Origin: an uncultured Bacteroidaceae bacterium
GTDB taxonomy: Bacteria; Bacteroidota; Bacteroidia; Bacteroidales; GCA-2748055
Length of the DNA stretch: 64,000 nt
NCBI GenBank assembly: GCA_964563105.1
Contig: CAZLXM010000007.1
Location: 253-64,252 of the forward strand
Reading direction: 5' to 3'
The position numbers were made by a program, and so were the translations under genes. The notes beneath the pieces were generated by a model, which had not been told where the DNA came from, searched no databases, and saw only the letters and a program-made list of their open reading frames with translations. Below are positions 1 through 9,798 of the stretch, in pieces; within the stretch, counting starts at the first letter, position 1; each line of letters opens with the position of its first letter.

Positions 1-1017
1 TGGAACAAAGGTCGTATCAATGGCAGGATTTTAACAGCTTTGAAAGCCCGGATTGCCCTGTTTGTTGCCAGTCAGGCATTTTCTCCCAGCACAGCAAAAT
101 GGGAAGCTGCTGCTGATGCAGCTGCTATTTTATTAAAAAATATAGGAGGTGTTTCAGGATTGGCTGCAGCAGGAAGGACATTCTATCTTACCAATAATAA
201 TGCTGATATAATCTGGAGAAGAGATGTACAGCAAATCAATTCCTGGGAAAGAGATAATTTCCCACCATCACTTTTTGGTAATGGAAGGACCAATCCAAGT
301 CAGAATCTGGTAGACGCATTTCCTATGATTAATGGTTATCCTGTCAATAATGCTGCCAGTGGATATAATCCTTCTGAACCATATAAAGACAGAGACCCCA
401 GATTAACACACTATATTGTATATAGTGGTAGTAAGATTGGTTCAGCAACCATAAATACAAATACCGAAGATCCTTCCAATGGCCTTAACAGTCTGATTAC
501 TTCCACCCGGACAGGTTATTATCTTAAAAAACTTTTAAGGGATAATGTGAACCTTGCACCGAATATTGACCTCAGACAGGAGCATTTCTATACTCTTCTG
601 AGATATACCGAATTATTCCTTAATTATGCCGAAGCTGCAAATGAAGCATGGGGACCTACCGGTGATCCCAGAGGAAACGGGTTTAATGCGAGCACTATTA
701 TTGCAGCAATAAGAGCGAGAGCCGGAATAACCCAGCCCGATGAATATCTTGGTACAGTTAACAGTCAGGCTGATATGCGTCAATTGATACGAAATGAAAG
801 ACGTATTGAATTGTGTTTTGAAGGATTCAGATTCTGGGACCTTCGTCGCTGGGACCTTCCCCTGGATGAGAAGGTTAAGGGTATGTCGATTACTAATAAT
901 GTATATACAGTAATTGATGTTGAAGAAAGGTCTTATAAGAGTTATATGAAATATGGCCCAATACCTTACTTTGAAATTTTGAAAAATAAGAGTCTGGTTC
1001 AAAATGAAGGCTGGTAG
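1..1017 (+). CDS. SusD/RagB-family nutrient-binding outer-membrane lipoprotein, C-terminal part (5' end lies outside the window)
   Basis: The frame is open from base 1, so the ORF-track start at 40 is only an in-frame TTG. The C-terminal signature ERRIELCFEGFRFWDLRRW is typical of SusD-like proteins. A second surface-lipoprotein gene follows it. Confidence 0.85.
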   Translation, partial: WNKGRINGRILTALKARIALFVASQAFSPSTAKWEAAADAAAILLKNIGGVSGLAAAGRTFYLTNNNADIIWRRDVQQINSWERDNFPPSLFGNGRTNPSQNLVDAFPMINGYPVNNAASGYNPSEPYKDRDPRLTHYIVYSGSKIGSATINTNTEDPSNGLNSLITSTRTGYYLKKLLRDNVNLAPNIDLRQEHFYTLLRYTELFLNYAEAANEAWGPTGDPRGNGFNASTIIAAIRARAGITQPDEYLGTVNSQADMRQLIRNERRIELCFEGFRFWDLRRWDLPLDEKVKGMSITNNVYTVIDVEERSYKSYMKYGPIPYFEILKNKSLVQNEGW

Positions 1018-1045
1018 AATTTTTTTAACAAAAAATATTTGTAAA

Positions 1046-2068
1046 ATGAAAAATATAAGCATTTTATTTATTTCAATATTTATGGTGGGATTGTTCTCTT
1101 GTCAGAATGAAAAATGGGAATTTGATGATTTTGACTATTCCACTGTATATTTCCCTTACCAGTATCCAGTCAGGACTTTGGTATTGGGCGATTATGAAAC
1201 AGGCGACAACAGCAATGACAATAACTTGAAATTTGTTGTTTCTGCTGCTATTGGCGGGATGTATGAGAATAAAGAAAACAGGACGGTAAATTATGAGCTT
1301 GCACCGGCACTTGCACAAAATGTCAGAACCACAACAAGTGATACTTTAACAATACTTCCCTCTAACTATTATACTTTGACTCCTCTTAATCAGATCATTA
1401 TTCCTAAGGGGAAATTTAGCGGAGGTGTTGAAGTACAATTAACCGAGGATTTTCTTAATGATCCCAGGGCTCATACAAGGCGTTATGTTTTACCATTGAA
1501 GATTACTTCAAGCTCTCTTGATAGTGTATTAAGCGGTAAACCCGGCACTGATAATCCTGATCCGAGGGTTGCTGCAGATTGGGATATTGTTCCAAAAAAT
1601 TTCACATTGTTTGGAATTAAATATATTAATGCCTATCATGGAAAGTATTTACACAGAGGGCAGTCTGTTATTAAGAATGCTGCAAATGAAACCTTGCAGA
1701 CCAATGTTTATCGTAAGCCATATGTTGAACAGGATGAAATATGGACATTGGCAACTGTTGGCAGGAATACTGTATCTGTTACCGGTGTTATACGGCAAAC
1801 TCCTGCAAGCCCGGGTAATTTTACCATGAAATTAACCTTTGATAATAATGGTAACTGTACAATAGTAAATGATCCTGCATCGGCTTTTGCTGTTACAGGA
1901 AGCGGAAAATTTCTGAAGAATGCTGATAGCTGGGGTAATAAGCCCAGAAATGCAATCTATATCAACTATCAGATTACCGTTGGTTCAGAAACTCATTTTG
2001 CTACAGACACCCTTGTTATAAGAGACAGGGATGTAAGATTTGAAGTGTTTACACCCGTTATTTATTAA
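1046..2068 (+). CDS. Surface glycan-binding-type lipoprotein in the SusE/F position (DUF1735-like)
   Basis: I chose the ATG at 1046, which gives MKNISILFISIFMVGLFSC with a lipobox Cys. The motif STVYFPYQYP followed by beta-rich sequence resembles DUF1735/BT_3987-type proteins. It lies directly downstream of the susD-like gene. Confidence 0.55.
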   Translation: MKNISILFISIFMVGLFSCQNEKWEFDDFDYSTVYFPYQYPVRTLVLGDYETGDNSNDNNLKFVVSAAIGGMYENKENRTVNYELAPALAQNVRTTTSDTLTILPSNYYTLTPLNQIIIPKGKFSGGVEVQLTEDFLNDPRAHTRRYVLPLKITSSSLDSVLSGKPGTDNPDPRVAADWDIVPKNFTLFGIKYINAYHGKYLHRGQSVIKNAANETLQTNVYRKPYVEQDEIWTLATVGRNTVSVTGVIRQTPASPGNFTMKLTFDNNGNCTIVNDPASAFAVTGSGKFLKNADSWGNKPRNAIYINYQITVGSETHFATDTLVIRDRDVRFEVFTPVIY

Positions 2069-2117
2069 AATATTTTTTGATTTTCATAAAATTTATTTTA
2101 GTAAATATTGATTCTTT

Positions 2118-2154
2118 GAACAAATAAGCCTGCTAAATGCGGGCTTATTTGTTC
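2118..2154 (+). terminator. Hairpin terminator candidate after the susD/lipoprotein pair
   Basis: Perfect 13-bp inverted repeat gaacaaataagcc / ggcttatttgttc around an 11-nt loop, about 50 nt after the stop at 2068. There is no strong U-tract. Confidence 0.5.
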
Positions 2155-2227
2155 ATCATGCAAATAAAGATTATAGTTGTATTTATTTAGTAAGTAATTT
2201 AGCTTAATTGTTAAGGAGTAGTTAAGT

Positions 2228-3277
2228 ATGAAAAAAAGTGATAATTATTCAAGACGAAATTTTTTGAAAAAGTCGGGAGCAGGTGCCGGATTGATCGGAT
2301 TAGGCAATTTTTCAACTAATTTAAGCACTATTGGATCAGAAAAAGTTCATAATAACATTAGGCTTGAAAAAAGATCTCCAAGAGTGGTCAGGGTCCTGAC
2401 CGTATCAAAGACTGGTACCAGTTTCTCAGCAGTGCCTTTTGGAAGAAATGAAGTTGTTCAGGGGGTTATTGATCGTATCAGGTTGGCAAGTGTTTATAAA
2501 CCTGATATTATTAGTATTTTTGAGCTTTTTAATGGCGCTCCTCCATCCGAAGCTCAGGAAGTTCCCGGTCCACTCACTAATACTATGGCTGAACTGGCAA
2601 AAGAACTAAATAGTTATATTATTTGTCCTTTGCATACAAAAGCAGGTTCAAAAGTTTACAATTCTGCTGTTCTTATTGACAGAGACGGATCAATATCCGG
2701 GCAATATAATAAATGCCATCCTGTTACAGGTGAAATTGCCGGAGGGGTTAGCCCTGGAGTCATTCCTCCTCCTGTTTTTAAAACTGATTTTGGTACAATC
2801 GGTATCCAGATATGTTTTGATGTAAACTGGATTGACAGATGGAAAGAACTAAAAGATCAGGGTGCTGAGATTGTTTTCTGGCCTTCTGCCTATCCCGGTG
2901 GCAGAATGCTTCCTGCCTATGCCTGGATGTTCAAATACTACATTGTTACTTCAACATGGCGTGACCCTGCTACTATCTATGATATGACCGGTGATATTAT
3001 TGCCAGTAGCGGTTTATACGAACGCTGGGCTTTTGCTTCACTTAATATGGAAAAAGCTTTTCTTGAAACAGTTACTGGTTATACTAACAGACTTAATGAT
3101 GCAAAAAGAAAATATGGTTCCAAACTTATTATAAAATATTATCATGATGAAGATTGGACCACTATAGAAAGTAATTCGCCGGATCTGTATATTAAAGATA
3201 TATTGAAGGAATATGACCTTGTTCCCCATTGGGATTATATAAAAAATGAAGAAATAGAGCAGGCAAAATTCCGTTGA
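2228..3277 (+). CDS. Carbon-nitrogen hydrolase (nitrilase-superfamily) protein with a Tat-type signal
   Basis: N-terminal SRRNFLKKSGAGAG twin-arginine motif. Candidate Glu-Lys-Cys triad contexts are IFELF, YNKCHP and GIQICFDVNW, plus FWPSAYPGG. A paralogue lies at 19652-20683. Confidence 0.8.
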   Translation: MKKSDNYSRRNFLKKSGAGAGLIGLGNFSTNLSTIGSEKVHNNIRLEKRSPRVVRVLTVSKTGTSFSAVPFGRNEVVQGVIDRIRLASVYKPDIISIFELFNGAPPSEAQEVPGPLTNTMAELAKELNSYIICPLHTKAGSKVYNSAVLIDRDGSISGQYNKCHPVTGEIAGGVSPGVIPPPVFKTDFGTIGIQICFDVNWIDRWKELKDQGAEIVFWPSAYPGGRMLPAYAWMFKYYIVTSTWRDPATIYDMTGDIIASSGLYERWAFASLNMEKAFLETVTGYTNRLNDAKRKYGSKLIIKYYHDEDWTTIESNSPDLYIKDILKEYDLVPHWDYIKNEEIEQAKFR

Positions 3278-3406
3278 TATTTGTGAAATAATGTTCACTT
3301 AATTTTGTGCAGCTATTTTTCATATTTATTGTTATTCTGTTTTTAGATTGTTTATGTTTATTAATATTTGCTTTATCCTTTATTTTTCTAATTAAAATTT
3401 TTTACT

Positions 3407-4624
3407 ATGAAACATTTATTGATTTACATCTTATTAATTCCTTTATTGATGTTTCTTAGCTGTACTTCTACAGATAAATCTGAACCCTTTACTTTTAAAA
3501 TTCCTGCAGATTATCTTCTTGAGCCTGATGAAATTCCTGTATTCTGGAAAAACACTCTGGAAGAGGTGTCTGACATTCTGGAAAACACTGTTAAGCTTGG
3601 AGAAGTTAAGACAATAGGAACTTCCGCAGGTGGCAGACCAATTAAAGCAGTATTTTATGGCAGTCCACGTGAAGGTAAGGGCACTTCCACGTTCTCAGGT
3701 TCGCTTGGCTTTGGTGATGTCAGAGCCTATCGTGGTCCTGATCATGATAAAACTGTATATTTGGGTATGTCGGCCGTTCATGGGTTTGAGCTGGAAGGCA
3801 TTGTCGGGACTCTTAATCTGATTACTGTTCTTGAAACTGGTAAGGATCTGAGAGGAAAAGAATGGCCTGAAATTACTGAAGTTGCCGGGAAGGTTGATCG
3901 CCTTATAATAATACCCGTAATGAACCCTGACGGGCGCGCAAGAGTTCCTATAAAAATGGAGATACACAGGGGAAGTTCTAAAAATTATAAGATTAATGAA
4001 TTCCTAAATACCGGTGGATATGAAGATGGGTCCATGATAGGCTGGCCACAGGTTAAGGAGTTTATCCCGATGGATTTTACAAAATATGGATTTCCCGGAG
4101 GATATCCCAATGATGCAGGAGTAAATATCATGCATGATGATTTTTTTGGAGAGCGGCAACCTGAAACACAGGCACTGTTTGATCTTGTAGCAAAGGAAAA
4201 GCCCGATCTGATTTTTAATATGCATACAGGGGCACCCTTTCAAAACTACTTCATCCGTATGCACCGGCCTTTTGCCGAACCTGCTCTGACTAAAGCTTTT
4301 GAGGCTCTATATACCTGGGTTCATTCAGCACTTGCATTGATGGGCTTGCAAAGCACAAATGACCCGGCTATTGAAGCAGATCTTTCAGATGTTTACCAGG
4401 GGGCATATAATCTTGATGCAGCTCTCAATTTACACTGCGGAGCATTGAGTGTGGTTATCGAATCACCAAATCATGGTTTTTCCGGTACTAACAGGGCTGG
4501 AGAAACAGTTTTACAAACTCCTGAAATGATCCTTGATGCTCAATTGGCATGCCATCAGGAAGGAATGAAATTCCTTGCAGAAACGGGAGGCAGGTCAAAA
4601 TGGACTCCCGCAAGAAAAAGATAA
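3407..4624 (+). CDS. M14 (zinc carboxypeptidase-fold) family lipoprotein
   Basis: Lipobox LMFLSC. HxxE zinc motif in SAVHGFELEG, IIIPVMNPDGRA motif, and a later NMHTGAP His. Confidence 0.6.
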   Translation: MKHLLIYILLIPLLMFLSCTSTDKSEPFTFKIPADYLLEPDEIPVFWKNTLEEVSDILENTVKLGEVKTIGTSAGGRPIKAVFYGSPREGKGTSTFSGSLGFGDVRAYRGPDHDKTVYLGMSAVHGFELEGIVGTLNLITVLETGKDLRGKEWPEITEVAGKVDRLIIIPVMNPDGRARVPIKMEIHRGSSKNYKINEFLNTGGYEDGSMIGWPQVKEFIPMDFTKYGFPGGYPNDAGVNIMHDDFFGERQPETQALFDLVAKEKPDLIFNMHTGAPFQNYFIRMHRPFAEPALTKAFEALYTWVHSALALMGLQSTNDPAIEADLSDVYQGAYNLDAALNLHCGALSVVIESPNHGFSGTNRAGETVLQTPEMILDAQLACHQEGMKFLAETGGRSKWTPARKR

Positions 4625-4662
4625 AATAAGCTTCTTTATAAATAAAATTAATTTAAATCAAA

Positions 4663-6396
4663 TTGAAAAATTTTCAAAAAATCCTTCTTTTAGTGATTTT
4701 TGCCGGTTTGAGGCTTATTTCCCATGCCGATGAAATAAGTTATGAAGAAAACAGAATTATTTTTGTAGATAATTCTTTATCAGCTAGTTGCGAGAAATAT
4801 GACCTGAATACCAGGACTTGTGGAAAGGGTGATAATTTAGCATATACTGATCTTGAAACTGCCTGTTTGAATGCTATCCCCGGAGATCTTATTTTGATCA
4901 GAGAAGGAATATACAATGGCAGTAATAATAGAATTGTCCCCTTGAATTCCGGAATAAAGGAGAAAGAGATATATTTTAAAAATTATAATGGAGAAAAGGT
5001 TGTTATTACCTCTGTTGGAAGTGATTATGCTATATTTATTGAAGGGAAAGAATATATCACTATTGAAGGGCTTACTTTTACAGAAGTTTATGCTTTTGGG
5101 AGAATCATTGACTCAAACCATATTATATTAAGAAGGAATAATTTTCTTAATATGAATTCCAATCAATGGTTAGCTTTACATTTTGTTAACAGTAATTATA
5201 ACAAGGTTTTGGATAATACCCTTTATAGCGTTGGTATGGGTAGCGGAAAGGACAATCTTCAGTTTGTTTATTCAAATCATAATTTAATAGAAGGAAACCG
5301 CATCGAAAGCATAGGTCACGTATTATGGGCAATAAAATGCGGCTGTTTTAATGTGGTAAGAAATAATTATTTCTATAATCATAATCAGAAAATAGCTGAG
5401 GTTTTTGATTGCAATGATGGTACTACATATACTGTCAGACATACGCATGTGAATGCAACTAAATTTAATCTGATTGACAACAATATTTTTGCCTATACCG
5501 ATAAAGACAGAAAAAGAGAGAGAGACGGGCGTCCGGGCGGTCCATATAACGGAATACAATATGCCGGCCAGGATGGCATTATAAGAAGAAATGTTTTTTA
5601 CAATAATTTGGGTGGAGGACTCGGCTTAACGACTTATTTTGATGAGGCTGAATATAATACCGGAAACAGGGTTTATAATAATCTCTTTTATAAAAACGGG
5701 CATGGAGCAATAGATATCTCAGGTTCAGCAAGATATAGTTTTTCAGATAATATTTTGAAAAATAATATTCTTTATAAAAATTATTTTGCTAACTGGGATA
5801 ATGTGTATGATATTTTAGGTTATTCTAAGATTGATGGAAAACCTTTACAAATTCTGACATCAAGAAAAACGGCTGATTATCTTTTTGATAATAACAATAT
5901 TTTTAATAATGTTAAAGAAGAAAATCACCTTATTGCCAGTCTTGGTGAATATAAAACCCAGGATCCTGATGACAGGTCACTTCAATATTGGGAGAAGAAT
6001 TATCCTGATATATTTAAAAATAATTTACAGGAGGATCCTTTATTTATTGATACTGAAAAAAATGATTTCAGGCTACGGGCTGAAAGTCCTATGATAGATA
6101 AAGGTACGTTTTTAACGAAAACAACTTCATCAGGATCCGGCACCAGGGTTCTTGTAGAGGATGTGCGTTATTTTTATGATGGCTATGATATTGAAGGTGA
6201 AACAGGTGATTTGATACAATTTGAAAAGGGGGGCAGGGCCAGGATTGTTTCCATAGATTATGAAGCAAATATTTTGATTTTAGATAGGAACCTGATTTGG
6301 GACAAAGCGCAGGGAATAAGTCTTTCTTATTTTGGAAATGCTCCTGACCTGGGCCCTTATGAATTTACATCAGATCCGTCAGGTACGGGAGAATAA
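4663..6396 (+). CDS. Secreted right-handed parallel beta-helix repeat protein (pectin-lyase fold)
   Basis: TTG start and signal-like N-terminus. It has many repeats of the NN(I/L)(F/Y)xNN type (NNYFYNHN, NNIFAY, RNVFYNNLGGG, NNLFYKNGHG, NNILYKN). Confidence 0.65.
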   Translation: MKNFQKILLLVIFAGLRLISHADEISYEENRIIFVDNSLSASCEKYDLNTRTCGKGDNLAYTDLETACLNAIPGDLILIREGIYNGSNNRIVPLNSGIKEKEIYFKNYNGEKVVITSVGSDYAIFIEGKEYITIEGLTFTEVYAFGRIIDSNHIILRRNNFLNMNSNQWLALHFVNSNYNKVLDNTLYSVGMGSGKDNLQFVYSNHNLIEGNRIESIGHVLWAIKCGCFNVVRNNYFYNHNQKIAEVFDCNDGTTYTVRHTHVNATKFNLIDNNIFAYTDKDRKRERDGRPGGPYNGIQYAGQDGIIRRNVFYNNLGGGLGLTTYFDEAEYNTGNRVYNNLFYKNGHGAIDISGSARYSFSDNILKNNILYKNYFANWDNVYDILGYSKIDGKPLQILTSRKTADYLFDNNNIFNNVKEENHLIASLGEYKTQDPDDRSLQYWEKNYPDIFKNNLQEDPLFIDTEKNDFRLRAESPMIDKGTFLTKTTSSGSGTRVLVEDVRYFYDGYDIEGETGDLIQFEKGGRARIVSIDYEANILILDRNLIWDKAQGISLSYFGNAPDLGPYEFTSDPSGTGE

Positions 6397-6533
6397 TTAT
6401 ATAAAAGTTAATAAATCAGGATGTATTTTACTTTAGTTCTTTAAAAATTAAGCCTGATCTGCTTATAAAATAATCCAAATTTTATTAAAACAAAAGATAT
6501 ATTAGTTTAGCAGGAGCAGTTGTTGATCAGATA

Positions 6534-8321
6534 TTAATTATAAAGAACATAATACCAGAAAGTATTTCCATATTTTTCCTGTAATATCTTTTTTGCTACG
6601 TTCAGGTCATTGTTGAATTGCTCAAATGTCCGGTAAAACTGTTGAAAATTCCCCCTGATTTTTTTATTGATAGTTAGTTTGCCGAAAGGGCTTAATTCAG
6701 ATTCCGGCAGTGCCTGATAAACACTTAATGCTTCTTGTACGTGTACAGGTAATTCATTATAATCAAATAATGTGAAATTAGGAATATCATTAATTACTGC
6801 CAAAAAATCTTTTTTTAGAAGTAAAAAAGCTAACTTATATTCAAAAGCATGTTTATTAGGCGGATCATAGTTTAACATTGCTTCCAGATTAAGCAGTGGA
6901 TTTTGAATATCAATAATAAAATCTTCTTTGATTTTAATTTTTTTCTTTTCCCCCAATTCAGGATGTGCATTTACTGCTTTGTCATCAAATAGCAATTTTT
7001 CAAATTCCAATGCTTCTTTATTATAAAACAATGTTTTTTTAAGCAGTGAAATATATTTTGCTGCCATATAGTAGTTCCCATTAATTAGTTCAGTTTTAAT
7101 CAGCATTTTAATTCCCTGTGGAGTATATCCTTGCATTACCATATATTCAAAATTCCAGCGGTGGGCTTCATTAATTATTCCAATAGTATAATAAAAATAA
7201 CCGCCTCTTTTAAGAATTTCGCCTATACGTTCCCATTGAAGGAATAGGGTACTGTTTTCAACACTTTGGGGAAAATGGAATAACATATCGTTAAGCTTTC
7301 CTCTCTCACAAAGTGCAATATTTACTAAATAGCTTGTTAATCTGTTGTTCGATGGATGCTTTATGTTATAAGCTATCAATTCATCCATTTTGTTGTTATA
7401 AAATAATTTTTCCGTATGAAAATAATGCTTCAGGTTTTTATCATATTTTGTAATACAAATGATCAGAGAAATAACAATTATAAATATTGAAGTAAAATAA
7501 TTTTGAAACAAATTTTTGATTTTACTGCTTTTGCTAAATGCCGGAAAGAAATTGTTTAAGGCTAATGAAGTAATTATCAGTAACAGAAGAATACTAAAAG
7601 CCAATGTTTGATATCCAATATTTTGTATTGAAAAAGGGAAAATTAAAAGTTTACTGAGTGTTTGAAAAAAAAAGTATTCTTTTGAAAAATATATGTATAA
7701 AAAAGATATAAGCCAGAGGGCAATAACAACATAAATATCGTTTTTAATAGCATTCTTTATTAAATATATTGAGATCATTATAAATAAAAGCCATGCAAAA
7801 CTGCCTGTAAAAAAGAACCAAATGGGTGCAAAAATTACGATAAGCCATTTACATCCTTTTTTTAAAAATTTTATTATTAAATAAAAGATCAGTAATTGAA
7901 GAAATATTCCTATTGTATTGTAGATCAAAAATTGATAATTGGTATGCAGATAAAATAAAATACCTCCTGAAAGGAAGGGCAGGATAAATGAATTGCTTCC
8001 TCTGGAAATCAGATATATTTTATCGATTATAAAAACTGTTACAATAATAAATAATGAAATAATTATTGAACCAATAAAATGATAATAAAAAAAAGAAGAG
8101 ATAAAATTGCCAATATAGATTAATAATTTCCCCGGTGCATTTAAATGATCAGTAAAGAAGTTACGGTTTGTTATAAAAAGAGATATGTTTTCCTGATAAA
8201 AGAAAATATAATCTGTCATTAAATAAAAGAAGAAAAATAAGATCAGGAAAAATCCCGGGTAAACTAATAAACGACATAGTGTAAAAGTATCAGGTTTATG
8301 TTTTAATATATTTGCAGGCAT
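6534..8321 (-). CDS. Polytopic membrane protein (about 10+ predicted TM segments) with a C-terminal helical soluble domain; possibly DUF6057-type
   Basis: The first ~300 aa are very hydrophobic and rich in F/I/L. The last ~290 aa are hydrophilic (HYFHTEKLFYNNKMDE...GIINEAHRWNFEYMVMQG). An intact paralogue of identical length (595 aa) lies at 23301-25088. Confidence 0.6.
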   Translation of the reverse strand: MPANILKHKPDTFTLCRLLVYPGFFLILFFFFYLMTDYIFFYQENISLFITNRNFFTDHLNAPGKLLIYIGNFISSFFYYHFIGSIIISLFIIVTVFIIDKIYLISRGSNSFILPFLSGGILFYLHTNYQFLIYNTIGIFLQLLIFYLIIKFLKKGCKWLIVIFAPIWFFFTGSFAWLLFIMISIYLIKNAIKNDIYVVIALWLISFLYIYFSKEYFFFQTLSKLLIFPFSIQNIGYQTLAFSILLLLIITSLALNNFFPAFSKSSKIKNLFQNYFTSIFIIVISLIICITKYDKNLKHYFHTEKLFYNNKMDELIAYNIKHPSNNRLTSYLVNIALCERGKLNDMLFHFPQSVENSTLFLQWERIGEILKRGGYFYYTIGIINEAHRWNFEYMVMQGYTPQGIKMLIKTELINGNYYMAAKYISLLKKTLFYNKEALEFEKLLFDDKAVNAHPELGEKKKIKIKEDFIIDIQNPLLNLEAMLNYDPPNKHAFEYKLAFLLLKKDFLAVINDIPNFTLFDYNELPVHVQEALSVYQALPESELSPFGKLTINKKIRGNFQQFYRTFEQFNNDLNVAKKILQEKYGNTFWYYVLYN

Positions 8322-8331
8322 GGCAGAACTA

Positions 8332-9798
8332 TCAATTTGTTTGAATAGTTTCAGATTTTGCGGTTTTTCGGATTTCTCCGGGTGTTAATACTATTTTTCT
8401 TTTTGATAATTCAGGAATATTATAAGTTTTTAAATAGCTGTCATAAAATTCAGGATCTTTTTGTGGTAATACAAAAGCTTTACAACTTTCGCCATTTTCA
8501 TAAATATAAGATATATAAGGCCTGGCAGTTAATCCATCTATTCGTTTACTGCTAAAGGCCAGCCATTTGTTATTTGAAGACCATGAATGGTAACTTTCAG
8601 TATAATCGCTATTCAAAGACATTTTTGAAATTTCCATGTTCTCAAGGTTTAAGGAATAAAGATCAGCATCCTTATGCCAGATGGAAAAGCAACCATAATC
8701 ATGCAAAGTGAATACAAGGAAATTACCATTAGGGGAAATCCTTGGAAATGATACGCTTTTATTGAATTGGCCAAGAGCATCAAATATTAATTCAGGCAGG
8801 CCAAATGTTTGGCTTTCTTCATCAAAGGGAATTCTGTAAAGATTGTATTTAATATCCTGGTAGTCTAATTCTGATTCGGGGATATTTGCCCTGCAAAAGT
8901 ATAGATATTTTCCATCAGGCCCCCATTCAGGATATGTATCCATATACAGTTCCTTTTTGGGCAGATCAACGGGCGATATTTTATTTGAATCAATGTTATA
9001 AAGAATTAATGAGGAGGCAACATCAATAACTTCAACTTTTTTATTTTCCGATGCATGGAAAAGCTGACCAGTTTTATTACTTGAAAAAGCAATGAATTTT
9101 CCTGAAGGATGCCAACGGGGATAAACCGGATTGTATTTCATTTCCTCACTTTTCAGATTATATCTTTTTAATTTTCTGTCTTTATAGAAATATGTGTCCC
9201 CAAATGAGCCTCTTACATGAAAAAAGAAATCTGAATTATTTTTTGGATTAAATGTGTGGCAATTAATACAGTTATTATCAATAATTGAATTTTCTATTAT
9301 GGAATGAACTTTAAAATTTTCCAAACAACGCTGTTGAATATTTAAATCAACATAAGCTTCATAACCAGGATATAATAAACGGTAGCTCATATATGGGTCG
9401 ATCGGATCAGGGGCTATTTTCATTGTGAAAGGTTTAAAACTCTTCCATATTTCCTGATCATCTTTGCACAAAATTGTAATATGAAGCTCCTGGTTAATAT
9501 TATCATTAAGAATTTTTTTCCATTTTTTCATGGGGATAATGATCTTTCCATTTTTTGAAGATAAAACCATTAGAATATTACATTTGTTGGAAAATTGGGC
9601 AATATAACGGGAAGCTTCTTCTTTAATAAGAAAATTTAAAGGCGCGATATTTGGAGGTATGGTAATATCAATATAATCTGGTGTTATATGAGGGAACTCA
9701 GGAATGAGCCGGGCCTTTTCAACCGGGATCATTGAACAACCAAAAAAAAGCAGGAAAGCAAATGGAAATAAATATTTTCTAGTTAATATATTTTTCAA
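8332..9798 (-). CDS. Lipoprotein with a single CxxCH motif and a PD40/TolB-like beta-propeller-type C-terminal region
   Basis: Lipobox LLFFGC. CINCH is encoded at 9256-9270. Repeats of the WHPSGKFIAFSS / WGPDGKYLYF / ISPNGNFLVF / WSSNNKWLAFSS type resemble PD40 repeats. It sits 10 nt upstream of the membrane-protein gene. Confidence 0.55.
   Translation of the reverse strand: MKNILTRKYLFPFAFLLFFGCSMIPVEKARLIPEFPHITPDYIDITIPPNIAPLNFLIKEEASRYIAQFSNKCNILMVLSSKNGKIIIPMKKWKKILNDNINQELHITILCKDDQEIWKSFKPFTMKIAPDPIDPYMSYRLLYPGYEAYVDLNIQQRCLENFKVHSIIENSIIDNNCINCHTFNPKNNSDFFFHVRGSFGDTYFYKDRKLKRYNLKSEEMKYNPVYPRWHPSGKFIAFSSNKTGQLFHASENKKVEVIDVASSLILYNIDSNKISPVDLPKKELYMDTYPEWGPDGKYLYFCRANIPESELDYQDIKYNLYRIPFDEESQTFGLPELIFDALGQFNKSVSFPRISPNGNFLVFTLHDYGCFSIWHKDADLYSLNLENMEISKMSLNSDYTESYHSWSSNNKWLAFSSKRIDGLTARPYISYIYENGESCKAFVLPQKDPEFYDSYLKTYNIPELSKRKIVLTPGEIRKTAKSETIQTN

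Noticed and set aside
613-1062. Antisense or out-of-frame ORFs in the six-frame track lying inside longer genes. Examples: 613-1062, 1073-1318, 3695-3967, 15663-16058, 18135-18461, 20079-20360, 22571-22873, 29965-30327, 38313-38657, 39491-39847, 49286-49588, 59884-60186 and 63052-63366.
   Set aside because: Each is fully embedded in a longer ORF with clear family motifs. Their sequences are low-complexity or have odd composition (rich in I/F/L/S/C) and no recognisable motifs. They are typical shadow ORFs of AT-rich DNA.
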